A stretch of 20,102 nucleotides of DNA from positions 1 to 20,102 of the forward strand of contig JARKSN010000222.1 of assembly GCA_029974275.1 (NCBI GenBank), in the 5' to 3' direction. Shown piece by piece: positions 9,058 through 17,086 of this stretch. The DNA comes from Candidatus Hydrogenedentota bacterium. GTDB lineage: Bacteria; Hydrogenedentota; Hydrogenedentia; Hydrogenedentales; SLHB01. Numbering within the stretch: position 1 is the stretch's first letter; each line of letters begins with the position of its first letter. Below the pieces are notes generated by a model. It searched no databases. It was given only the letters and a program-made list of their open reading frames with translations, and had not been told where the DNA came from. The translations under genes were made by a program, and so were the position numbers.

Positions 9058-9086
9058 TTGCGCTTACCGCCTCTATGCGATACACT
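9058..9086 (+). promoter_or_regulatory. Putative sigma-70 promoter for the ECF sigma operon
   Basis: TTGCGC (9058-9063), 17-nt spacer, TACACT (9081-9086), about 75 nt upstream of the start codon. Confidence 0.5.
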
Positions 9087-9159
9087 GTTCGCGTGGGGGG
9101 CGATCTTTTGATCGATATGGCCGGGCAAGGCCATATGATCACGAAAGAAGGGAGCGATC

Positions 9160-9783
9160 ATGACGAGACAGGATCAAGAACCCAGCAACGCCTCCCCCTT
9201 GGACACGGAATTGATGCTGCAGACCCGGGAAGGCGACGCCTCCGCCTTCGAACAGATTTACAGCCGGCATTACCGGAAAGTATTGAATTTTTTCTTCGCC
9301 ATGAGCCGAGATGCCGGCCTTGCCGAAGACTTGTGCCACGAAACATTTCTGCGTATTTGGAAATTTCGAGGCCGATACGCGGCCACGGGGCCTTTCGTGG
9401 CGTATTTGTTCGCGTTCGCGCGCAACATCTGGTTTGAAAAACGCCGAAGCCTCTCTCGTTTCGCGATGCAAGGGTATCGCGTCGCCCAGTCGGAATGGGA
9501 CGAATGCGCCGATTCCGGCCCCCTGGGAAACCCCGCCGACGCATTGGATCGTGCGGAACTGGGCGAAGCCATTGAGCGAGCCATCGACGGCCTCCCCGAT
9601 GACCAGCGAATGGCTTTCGTTCTCCGGACCGTCGAAGGACTGTCGCTGGAAGAGATCGCCGCCGTCATGATGTGCCCGGTGAATACCGTGCGATCGCGCC
9701 GCATTCTGGCCGTGCGCAAATTGCGATCCTCGTTGCGGCGTTTGTTCGCTTCGCGCGTCTCCTCACACAGCAAGGTGCTCTGA
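9160..9783 (+). CDS. ECF RNA polymerase sigma-70 factor
   Basis: Region 2: GDASAFEQIY...AEDLCHETFLRIW...YLFAFARN. Region 4: LPDDQRMAFVLRTVEGLSLEEIAAVMMCPVNTVRSR. GGGAG RBS. Confidence 0.95.
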   Translation: MTRQDQEPSNASPLDTELMLQTREGDASAFEQIYSRHYRKVLNFFFAMSRDAGLAEDLCHETFLRIWKFRGRYAATGPFVAYLFAFARNIWFEKRRSLSRFAMQGYRVAQSEWDECADSGPLGNPADALDRAELGEAIERAIDGLPDDQRMAFVLRTVEGLSLEEIAAVMMCPVNTVRSRRILAVRKLRSSLRRLFASRVSSHSKVL

Positions 9784-9786
9784 ACC

Positions 9787-10263
9787 ATGGAATGCCGACG
9801 TATCCAGGAAAAAATGCTGCGCTACCTCGACGGCGACATGCGCATCGGCGAGCAGGTGAGCGTAGGCATGCATCTGGACGCCTGTCCCGCCTGCCGCATG
9901 GAATACGAAGCGTTGGGACGTTTCGTGCGCCATCTCCGTTCCACCTTGAAGCATCCGCATCCTCGCTACCGCTGGCGCGAACTCCTTGCCGCGATGGAAA
10001 CGCTTGCCGTCGCGCCCGTCGCGCCCCCCACAATGCGGATGGGAGACGCCATGCGACGCTTGGCGGTTGTGGGCTTGGTGGCGTTGGCCTTGTGCATGTC
10101 CAGTCCACTCCTGCGCCAAGGCCGCGATATCCTGGAAAACGTCGCGACGCAACCCGCCTTCACTTCTCTTCAACCGTCCACGGATTCCGCGATGAACCGT
10201 TCGCCGGAAAATAGGCAATTGATCGTGGAAATAAACCGCGAATACAACGTTGACGCAAAATAG
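9787..10263 (+). CDS. Zinc-binding anti-sigma factor (zf-HC2/ZAS) with one transmembrane helix
   Basis: MECRRIQEKMLRYLDG...HLDACPAC (HxxxCxxC). Hydrophobic segment LAVVGLVALALCMSSPLL. Starts 3 nt after the sigma factor stop. Confidence 0.9.
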   Translation: MECRRIQEKMLRYLDGDMRIGEQVSVGMHLDACPACRMEYEALGRFVRHLRSTLKHPHPRYRWRELLAAMETLAVAPVAPPTMRMGDAMRRLAVVGLVALALCMSSPLLRQGRDILENVATQPAFTSLQPSTDSAMNRSPENRQLIVEINREYNVDAK

Positions 10264-10384
10264 AACGCACGCTCGCGACTGATTCATGCTGTTGGCGTCG
10301 TATGTGTCCCGTAGGCTCGTCTTGGTTGTGAATCGCTGCCCCCTTCCCGCGCTCGCTCCCTCCAGCCCTGCGGGCGTGACTCGA

Positions 10385-13300
10385 CTATTGCGGCGCGGTG
10401 TAGCCTGCGGTCTCGGGGCCAGGGAAATGGATGGGCGTAATGGACAGGTCCTGGGTGCGCACGATCAGGGCGGCTCCGTTGGGAGCAAGAACGCGGGCAC
10501 GGTCAATGCTCAAGCGCATGGGGCCGGTCGTTGACTCGAATCGCGATATCCAGCGCACGATCGCCAGTTCGCCCCAGTAGGGGCCGTGTTGCGCCGGAGA
10601 AATGTCGATGACGATGCCCCCCGAGGGATCGGGCCGCACGTTGATGGCGCGCCCGGATTGGCTTGCCGCGGCTCCCGGCGTCACCGCGCCCCACGCAATG
10701 GCATGGGCCGGCAAGGCGGTCAACCGAAAAGTGACGAGTCCCGCCATGGTTTCCGTTTCCGGATGCAATCGCACGGCTACGGCTTGCTGATATTCGTCTG
10801 ACGCGGCCTGCAAGGCTTCGAGCGCAAGCGTCACTTTGCTTAAGGGCGTATAACGGAACCCTCCTGGAAGGACGGTGACGGTGTTTGGAGCGGCGCCGCG
10901 GATGCGAACATCGACGGTTTCGCCCTGCGACAAGGCGCAGGGAGGCGTTTGCGCGATCAGGGCCGTGTCGCTCAAGACACGCAACGAAGCGGCCTTGTTG
11001 GATCCAAACCAGAGCGTGGCGTCAGGCGGCACATTTCTTCCCGTAAGAACGACGCGCGTTCCTCCTTCGGCGGGCCCTTCCACGGGGCTGACGGCGTCGA
11101 TGACCGGCGCGTCGGTGGGCGGAACGGGGGAGGGATCGGCCCCATCGAAAACCCCGTCGCCGTCGGAATCGGGATTGATGGGGCTTGTCTCGCCGGGATC
11201 GACGCGTCCGTTCCGGTTCTGGTCTTCCATGCCGTCCGGCAGACCATCGTTGTCGGAGTCGGACCGCAACCGGTCCGTTTCTCCCGGATCGACGGCTCCG
11301 TTGTTGTTTTTATCCTCGATGAAATCGGGCAGACCGTCGGCATCCACATCCTGCAGCGGTTGCCGGTTTCGCGCCAACCACTCAAAAAGGCGCGCGGCAT
11401 TTTCGCGCAGCGATCCGGTCGCTTGTTGGGCGTCTTCCAGGGGGGTGGCCGCGGCGAGAACCGCGATGCGGCCCGCGCCGTATTCAAGAATGGCAAAGGC
11501 GGCCGAATCGGAACCCGAAGCGACCAACGCGCGGGGTTGTTCTTCGAGTCGGAACCCGACGCCGCCGGCAATGCGCAGGGTCTCCAATCCGCTCAATAGG
11601 GGATGGGTTGGTTGAACGCGCCAGACGCCTTCCATGGGGGCGTCGGCGAGGATGTGGAGGCCTACCGGATCGAGCCAGCCAGCAAGGGCGGCTCTTTTTT
11701 CTTCGGGAACGGTTCGTCCCACAAAAAGCATTGCCCCGCCGCGCGCCACGTAATCAAAAAGCGCGGCGCGCGTGACGGCCCCATCGACGGCGGCCTGGGC
11801 GTCAATCACAACGACGGCGTAAGGGGTCAAGGGATCCAAAAACGGCACGGTCGCCTCCACATGGCTGAAAGAGTGAGGGGGAGCGGCGAGAACGTCCGCC
11901 AGACGGGAAAGCGATGGAAAACGCGCCACGCGGCGATACGCATCCCCACTGTCCGGATCGCGATCTTCGTGTTGCGATGGCGGCCCTGCTCCAATCCAGA
12001 GAATGCGCCGCACGATGTCCCGCGGAGGTTCCACGCGGATGGTCACGGGAAAAGGGTTGTTTTCAGGTTGCGGGCGCGACGGTCCCCCATCGAGAAAAAG
12101 AAACAGGTTCTCTTCGATGGGCTGATCCGCAGGGCCGAAACGGGCAGGATCGATGCCCAGATAGGCCACGGAAGAAGCGGGCAGCAAACCTGTTGTGGGA
12201 AAGACTCGGAGCCAAGGCATAGCGGAGGCGTTGTATTCCACCCGCCAGACGTAGCCTTCGCCGTAGGGGGAGGCGATATGGAGAGCCTGGAGTTCCCGCC
12301 CCGCCGCTCCGGCATGCAACGTGATTTCCGCGGGTAGATCGAGCCGGGGAACAGGAACGCGGGGCGCCGTCTCGCTGGGATCGAAACGGGCTTCCTCAGG
12401 AAGAAGGACTGCGTCCATTACGGCTCCGCTCTGAAACGAAACGCTCGTGATGGGCCGCGCCGTTTCGGGGTCGACGCGGTGAAGGCGATTCGCTTCGCCT
12501 ATGATCAGGGCTTCGTCGGCCCATGCCGCCACGCGGATGGGAGCCTCGTAGACGTGCGTCGGACCGGACACCGCGCCCTGCGGCCATATTTCGAGACGCG
12601 ATTCGAAGGCGGCGGCCACGCGCCCGTCGGGAGCGCAATCGAGCGTCGGCGTTTGCCACACGTCGCGAAACGCAAGGGCCGTTTCCGTGACGCCGCCTTC
12701 GGGCGCAAAACGAATGCGGGTCACATAGCCGAACGCGGCGCTGGGCGCGCGGGTCGTCAACCAACATCCGTAAGGACCGGCCGGCCGCAGCGGCGTTTGC
12801 GCGTCCATGGCATGCCCCGGCGCTTCCACAGGCGGTCCGACGGGCGTCAAATCCGCGATCGCGTAGGCATGCAGCCAGGAGACAGGGTCGCCTTGAGGTT
12901 TATCCACGGCATAGCCGCTGGTGAGCGCGTAGAGCAACCCCTGAGAGGCATCGAACGCCAACGCCGCGGGCTCCGTGGCATCGCGCAAGTCCGGCCCCGT
13001 AAACGCGGCGCGCCCCGGAAGGATCGCCTTGCCCGTAGCCAAGTCCAAAACCCGCAGCATGGCGCCCGAACCGCGAGGCTGACGGCACAACACAGCGGCG
13101 CGGTCGCCAGGGGGCAGCACAACCGCGGCAACAGGCGCGCCAGGCAGTGGCCAAGGACCATGCACCGCGCCCGGGCGAAACGTTGGGGCGGGACCCAGCT
13201 CGTATGCTTCGACCGCGCCAAGCCGCCTGCCGTCGTTTTCTTTCCACATGGCCAGCGCCAGAAGCAAAGGGTTCTGCGATTCAGGGAAGCGGCCAACGCC

Positions 13301-13675
13301 GCCGGGCGCGAAACGCCAGCCGACCCGAGGGCGTATGCGCGAAAGAGCGGGAATCTCCAAAGGGGAAAAAACGATGGGCGACACATACGTGCCGGCTGCA
13401 TCGTGCGCCAAAACGTCGCCGGTCGTCGCCGGCCCCGAACCGGCCACGGCAAACGAACCGTTGTCGCCGAGAAACAGCGGCCCCACCGGAGCCGGGCCCG
13501 GCAGCGCAACGTGGCGCGGATGAATGCGTCCGGTCGTCAGATCGGCGATATGCAGATACGACTTCCCGGCTTCGCGCAACGCGCTGAGCGCCGTGGTGCG
13601 CACGAGCATCGGCTGGGCGTCGGCGGAAACAGCCGCGAACGCCGCGATGCATCCGATTGCCGCGACGATCCTCAT
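10385..13675 (-). CDS. Large secreted multidomain protein: signal peptide, beta-rich (propeller-like) N-region, BACON-like, GATase-like/DUF4350-like, Ca-binding DxDxDG repeats, IPT/TIG, cohesin-like C-terminus
   Basis: Signal peptide MRIVAAIGCIAAFAAVSADA|Q. WRVEYNASAMPWLRVFPTTG (BACON-like). VVVID...LFDYVARGGAMLFVG and YGAGRIAVL (GATase-like). DxDxDGLPD repeats. PVIDAVSPVEGPAEGGTRVVLTGRN...GFRY (IPT/TIG). Repeat and TIG calls are firm; the other domains are inferred. Confidence 0.85.
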   Translation of the reverse strand: MRIVAAIGCIAAFAAVSADAQPMLVRTTALSALREAGKSYLHIADLTTGRIHPRHVALPGPAPVGPLFLGDNGSFAVAGSGPATTGDVLAHDAAGTYVSPIVFSPLEIPALSRIRPRVGWRFAPGGVGRFPESQNPLLLALAMWKENDGRRLGAVEAYELGPAPTFRPGAVHGPWPLPGAPVAAVVLPPGDRAAVLCRQPRGSGAMLRVLDLATGKAILPGRAAFTGPDLRDATEPAALAFDASQGLLYALTSGYAVDKPQGDPVSWLHAYAIADLTPVGPPVEAPGHAMDAQTPLRPAGPYGCWLTTRAPSAAFGYVTRIRFAPEGGVTETALAFRDVWQTPTLDCAPDGRVAAAFESRLEIWPQGAVSGPTHVYEAPIRVAAWADEALIIGEANRLHRVDPETARPITSVSFQSGAVMDAVLLPEEARFDPSETAPRVPVPRLDLPAEITLHAGAAGRELQALHIASPYGEGYVWRVEYNASAMPWLRVFPTTGLLPASSVAYLGIDPARFGPADQPIEENLFLFLDGGPSRPQPENNPFPVTIRVEPPRDIVRRILWIGAGPPSQHEDRDPDSGDAYRRVARFPSLSRLADVLAAPPHSFSHVEATVPFLDPLTPYAVVVIDAQAAVDGAVTRAALFDYVARGGAMLFVGRTVPEEKRAALAGWLDPVGLHILADAPMEGVWRVQPTHPLLSGLETLRIAGGVGFRLEEQPRALVASGSDSAAFAILEYGAGRIAVLAAATPLEDAQQATGSLRENAARLFEWLARNRQPLQDVDADGLPDFIEDKNNNGAVDPGETDRLRSDSDNDGLPDGMEDQNRNGRVDPGETSPINPDSDGDGVFDGADPSPVPPTDAPVIDAVSPVEGPAEGGTRVVLTGRNVPPDATLWFGSNKAASLRVLSDTALIAQTPPCALSQGETVDVRIRGAAPNTVTVLPGGFRYTPLSKVTLALEALQAASDEYQQAVAVRLHPETETMAGLVTFRLTALPAHAIAWGAVTPGAAASQSGRAINVRPDPSGGIVIDISPAQHGPYWGELAIVRWISRFESTTGPMRLSIDRARVLAPNGAALIVRTQDLSITPIHFPGPETAGYTAPQ
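11132..11350 (-). repeat. Intragenic tandem repeat of about 2.4 x 90 nt, encoding TSP3-like calcium-binding units
   Basis: Units start at 11350 (DVDADGLPDFIEDKNNNGAVDPGETDRLRS), 11260 (DSDNDGLPDGMEDQNRNGRVDPGETSPINP) and 11170 (DSDGDGVFDGADP). Confidence 0.9.
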
Positions 13676-13699
13676 GCCCCGTCCTGTGCGATGGCGCGG

Positions 13700-13849
13700 T
13701 CACAGCGCATACAGGAACGGCGACAGAACCGTGGCGTTTCCGCTCAGCATCATCAGAAGACCCAGCAGAAACAAGGCGATGATGATCGGGGCTAGCCAGA
13801 ATTTCTTGCGGACGCGCAAAAAGGCCCAAAGCTCTTTCAAGAATTCCAC
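13700..13849 (-). CDS. SxtK-like / DUF5989-family small membrane protein (49 aa)
   Basis: Not in the ORF track. Hand translation from GTG 13849: MEFLKELWAFLRVRKKFWLAPIIIALFLLGLLMMLSGNATVLSPFLYAL*. It has the ELW.F...RKK.WL.P and PF.Y.L pattern of the family, an AAGGAG RBS, and the canonical position after the carbamoyltransferase and SxtJ-like genes. Confidence 0.9.
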   Translation of the reverse strand: MEFLKELWAFLRVRKKFWLAPIIIALFLLGLLMMLSGNATVLSPFLYAL

Positions 13850-13903
13850 GAATCGCGTCTCCTTCTCCCGTCACGGCGCGGGGAATGTCGCCGCAACCGG
13901 CGT

Positions 13904-14314
13904 CTAGAACTGGTTCCGATAGGGATCAAGGTCCTCGGGTTGATCGTCCGGCCCCTCCCAATAGGTCGTCGCCTCCGGGTCCCACTTCCGCTTGAGCGGA
14001 TCGTCGCCGAATACGCGCATGAGCAAACCCGTTGGAACGATCATCAACCAGAAACTGATGTTGAGCAGCAAGAACGTCATCACCCGGTTCAGGCGCTCGC
14101 CAAACCACATCCACCCCTTGTAAACAGGCCGGAGCGCCGCGGGCGCGATCAACCCCGCCAGCAAAAAAACAGCGGCGATTCCAAAGAACACGACGGGCAC
14201 ATGGCCATGGCGCCACCACCGAAATAGGCCCAACGCCGCGATGACGCCCGCCATCAACAGCCCAAACAGCACGAGTTCCCTACGCGTCGGGGCGGAATGT
14301 TGGCGCGCGTCCAT
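13904..14314 (-). CDS. SxtJ-family membrane protein
   Basis: ELVLFG, three hydrophobic segments, P..LRPVYKGWM.FG..L, P.GLLMR..G.DPL, TYW and terminal NQF. Starts 3 nt after the carbamoyltransferase stop. Confidence 0.88.
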   Translation of the reverse strand: MDARQHSAPTRRELVLFGLLMAGVIAALGLFRWWRHGHVPVVFFGIAAVFLLAGLIAPAALRPVYKGWMWFGERLNRVMTFLLLNISFWLMIVPTGLLMRVFGDDPLKRKWDPEATTYWEGPDDQPEDLDPYRNQF

Positions 14315-14317
14315 TGC

Positions 14318-16129
14318 CTAATCCAATTCGTATTGCTGCCGCCAGGCATCGTCCTGGGGCGCAGCGGGTTGCAGGGCCTTGTCGAGCACGAACGGCCCAA
14401 GCGCGAGGTAGTCCATGTTCGTGCGCATGAAACAGCGGTACGCGTCTTGCGGCGTACAGACGATTGGCTCGCCGCGCACATTGAACGACGTATTGATGAT
14501 CACCGGACACCCGGTCTTTGCGCAAAAACGCTCAATCAAGCGGTAATACCGGGGATTGTCGCGCCGATCGACCGTTTGGATGCGGGCCGAGTTGTCGACA
14601 TGGGTGATGGCCGGCAAATCGCTGCGGATCACCTTGAGCTTGGCGAATCCTTGGGCTTCCCGCTCTTCTGGCGTGAGGCTGCGCAAATGCTTGCCGCTGA
14701 CATCGGCCACGAGCAGCATGTACGGGCTTTCTCGGTCGAGTTCGAAGACGTCGCTGACGCGTTCGACCAGCACCGTCGGCGCAAAGGGACGAAAACTTTC
14801 GCGAAACTTGATCTTGAGGTTCAACACGGACTGCATCGCGCGGTTGCGCGGGTCGCCGAGAATGCTGCGGGCCCCCAGCGCGCGCGGGCCAAACTCCATG
14901 CGCCCCTGAAACCATCCCACCACTTTGCCGGCGCTCATCAGATCGGCGACGCGATCGCACAAGCCCTCTTCGTCGAAGCGCTCGTAGGGTATCTTCTCTT
15001 CGTCCAAGTACGAGCGGATCGCGTCGTCGCTGAACCACGGCCCGAGGTATGTGGCGTTTTGCCGGCGCGCGTCGGCGGTGCGCGGATTCTTGAGAATCTG
15101 GTGCCAGACGTACAGAGCGCAGCCGAGGGCGTTGCCTGCGTCGCCCGCGGCAGGTTGAATCCAGATGTTTTCAAACGGCCCCTCGCGCAACAAACGTCCG
15201 TTTGCCACGCAATTGAGCGCGACGCCCCCGGCAAGGACCAGATTCTTCATGCCGGTCTCGCGGTGAACCGTTGCGGCCATCTTTAGAATGATTTCCTCCG
15301 TCACTTCCTGGATGGAACGCGCGATGTCCATCTCGCGTTGCGTAAAGGCCGTTTCCGGATTCCGGCGCGGCCCGCCAAACAAGGCGGCGAACCGGTCGTT
15401 CGTCATTTGAAGCCCGGAGCAGTAGTCGAAATAATCGAGGTTCAACCGGAACGAGCCGTCCGCCTTGACGTCGATTAACTTCTCGCGAATGAGATCGGCG
15501 TACACCGGACGTCCATAGGGGGCAAGGCCCATCAACTTGTACTCGCCGCTGTTGACCTTGAAGCCGGTGAAGTAGGTGAAGGCGGAATACAACAGCCCGA
15601 TCGAGTGCGGAAAGTTGATCTGCTTGAGAATCGCGATGTGGTTGTCCTTGCCGACGCCGTAGGTGGTCGTGGCCCATTCGCCCACGCCGTCCAACGTGAG
15701 AATCGCGGCCTCCTGATAGGGGCTGGGAAAGAAAGCCGAAGCCGCGTGCGACTGATGATGGGTCATGAAGAGGATCGTCCCCTCGTAGCCGAGCCGCTTG
15801 CGGAGGGTCGTCCGCATCAACAGCTTCTCCTTCAGCCACGGCGGCATCTGTTGGATGAACGAGCGGATGCCCTTGGGAACCGTCGCCAGGTAGGTCATCA
15901 ACAGCCGCTCGAATTTGAGAAAGGGCTTGTCGTAGAACGCGACATAATCAACGTCGCCGATCTCGATGCCGGCTTCTTTCAGGCAATACGCCACGGCTTC
16001 CTGGGGAAAGGAGGGATCGTGCTTGACGCGCGTGAAGCGCTCCTCCTGCGCCGCGGCGACGATATTGCCGTCGCGCAGCAGACATGCGGCGCTGTCGTGG
16101 TAGAAGGCCGATATGCCAAGAATATTCAT
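14318..16129 (-). CDS. O-carbamoyltransferase, NodU/CmcH/TobZ family (SxtI-like)
   Basis: Kae1-like N-domain: ILGISAFYHDSAA, HHQSHAASAF, DGVGE, GEYKLMGLAPYG, GGVALNC, GDAG. YrdC-like C-domain: EFGPRALGARS, KIKFRESFRPFAP, HVDNSARIQTV, NTSFNVRGEPIV. Confidence 0.96.
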   Translation of the reverse strand: MNILGISAFYHDSAACLLRDGNIVAAAQEERFTRVKHDPSFPQEAVAYCLKEAGIEIGDVDYVAFYDKPFLKFERLLMTYLATVPKGIRSFIQQMPPWLKEKLLMRTTLRKRLGYEGTILFMTHHQSHAASAFFPSPYQEAAILTLDGVGEWATTTYGVGKDNHIAILKQINFPHSIGLLYSAFTYFTGFKVNSGEYKLMGLAPYGRPVYADLIREKLIDVKADGSFRLNLDYFDYCSGLQMTNDRFAALFGGPRRNPETAFTQREMDIARSIQEVTEEIILKMAATVHRETGMKNLVLAGGVALNCVANGRLLREGPFENIWIQPAAGDAGNALGCALYVWHQILKNPRTADARRQNATYLGPWFSDDAIRSYLDEEKIPYERFDEEGLCDRVADLMSAGKVVGWFQGRMEFGPRALGARSILGDPRNRAMQSVLNLKIKFRESFRPFAPTVLVERVSDVFELDRESPYMLLVADVSGKHLRSLTPEEREAQGFAKLKVIRSDLPAITHVDNSARIQTVDRRDNPRYYRLIERFCAKTGCPVIINTSFNVRGEPIVCTPQDAYRCFMRTNMDYLALGPFVLDKALQPAAPQDDAWRQQYELD

Positions 16130-16182
16130 GAATGGTCTTTTGCGTTATGCGACGCGTCCTGCGTCCGCGAACAAACCGCCTG

Positions 16183-16212
16183 ATAGTACCGGGCAATGTC
16201 TTCGTCGTTCAA
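16183..16212 (-). promoter_or_regulatory. Putative sigma-70 promoter for the carbamoyltransferase operon
   Basis: Minus strand: TTGAAC (16212-16207), 18-nt spacer, TACTAT (16188-16183). Confidence 0.5.
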
Positions 16213-16275
16213 ACCCGCGACGACCGCGCGCACGCGAAACCATCCTGACCGCCGGAGAACCCCGCGATGCGCCGC

Positions 16276-16305
16276 TTGGCGTCCCGGCGAATTTTCTGCT
16301 ATAAC
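16276..16305 (+). promoter_or_regulatory. Putative sigma-70 promoter with extended -10 for the 58-aa peptide gene
   Basis: TTGGCG (16276-16281), 18-nt spacer containing TG at 16297-16298, then TATAAC (16300-16305). Confidence 0.45.
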
Positions 16306-16390
16306 ATCCCCGGATTGAATGGTTCGCGCTGGCGACAAAGCGCAGCCATCCTGCGCGAAAAGGGCCAACGAACCCAGGAAGGAACACCCA

Positions 16391-16567
16391 ATGCGACACA
16401 TCAAAACCTTGTCCCGCACGCCCGTATCCGCTCAGAGCGGCCTCCTTTCGGGCGGTCTTAACTTGGCGGAAACCCTCGTCATGATGCTGTTGGGCATCTT
16501 TTTCCGCAATTGGGACAACTACGCGGCCGTATCCCGGAATCTGCAAAAATTTTACAGCGCCGTTTGA
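16391..16567 (+). CDS. Small hypothetical protein (58 aa): basic leader, GG|LNLAE site, hydrophobic helix
   Basis: MRHIKTLSRTPVSAQSGLLSGGLNLAETLVMMLLGIFFRNWDNYAAVSRNLQKFYSAV*. AGGAAGGA RBS before ATG 16391. Fills otherwise empty intergenic space without overlaps. Confidence 0.75.
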   Translation: MRHIKTLSRTPVSAQSGLLSGGLNLAETLVMMLLGIFFRNWDNYAAVSRNLQKFYSAV

Positions 16568-16584
16568 TTGCTGTTCGGACGCCG

Positions 16585-17079
16585 TCACCCGCTTCCAGAA
16601 GCGGCGGCCTCCGGCGCAGGCGTGGGAGCGGGCTTCGAGCCGGCGCGGTCGGCGTCGGATAGTCTCCGCTGAAGCACCTCGATGATGTGGTAGCCGAAAC
16701 TCGTGCGGACGATGTCGCTCACCTGATTCAGAGGCGCGGACCATACGTACTGCTCAAATGCCGGCTCGAATTTTCCCTTGAGCATGAAACCGAGGTCTCC
16801 GCCGCGCGAGGCGGATCCGGGATCGTTCGAGTATTGCCGGGCCAATTTGGCGAAGCTCTCGCCGCTCTTCAGCCGTTGCAGAATCTCCTTCGCCTGTTCC
16901 ATGGCGCGGGCCCGATCGGCGGGATCGTCGGTCTTGAACGCAATCAGGATATGGCGCGCACGCACCTGCGACACATCGGTCGCTTCGTTGCGCCCCCATA
17001 AGACGATCGCCCCTGCCATCGCGGCGAATAGGACGATAAAGCCTATCCACAAGTGCTTCGAGTAATCCTTGACTTCCAC
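16585..17079 (-). CDS. Membrane-anchored parvulin-type (PpiC/rotamase) peptidyl-prolyl isomerase
   Basis: N-terminal TM LWIGFIVLFAAMAGAIVLW. Parvulin motifs VRARHILI, GESFAKLARQYSNDPGSASRGGDLGF and VSDIVRTSFGYHIIEV. Likely start GTG 17079, 7 nt after the upstream stop. Confidence 0.9.
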   Translation of the reverse strand: MEVKDYSKHLWIGFIVLFAAMAGAIVLWGRNEATDVSQVRARHILIAFKTDDPADRARAMEQAKEILQRLKSGESFAKLARQYSNDPGSASRGGDLGFMLKGKFEPAFEQYVWSAPLNQVSDIVRTSFGYHIIEVLQRRLSDADRAGSKPAPTPAPEAAASGSG

Positions 17080-17086
17080 TTCCGAC

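Noticed and set aside
11132..11350. CRISPR-like or mobile repeat
   Set aside because: The 90-nt periodicity is in frame, degenerate at the DNA level and explained by protein Ca-binding repeats.
1600..15286. Long alternative-frame ORFs (1600..2676, 3808..4911, 5616..6521, 6497..8110, 8153..8905, 12479..13795, 14297..15286)
   Set aside because: Arg/Ala-rich with no motifs and antisense to well-supported genes, as expected in high-GC DNA.
13700..16129. Saxitoxin biosynthesis cluster
   Set aside because: Only the sxtI/J/K-like trio is present. No sxtA, sxtG, sxtB or other core genes are in the window, and the trio occurs outside toxin clusters.
16285..16300. Second sigma-54 promoter (GG-N10-GC in CGGCGAATTTTCTGCT)
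   Set aside because: Poor match outside the GG/GC dinucleotides; the overlapping extended -10 TGcTATAAC explains the site better.
16391..16567. SCIFF/ranthipeptide precursor (its MRHIKTL start resembles SCIFF leaders)
   Set aside because: The peptide has no cysteines and no radical SAM maturase is nearby.
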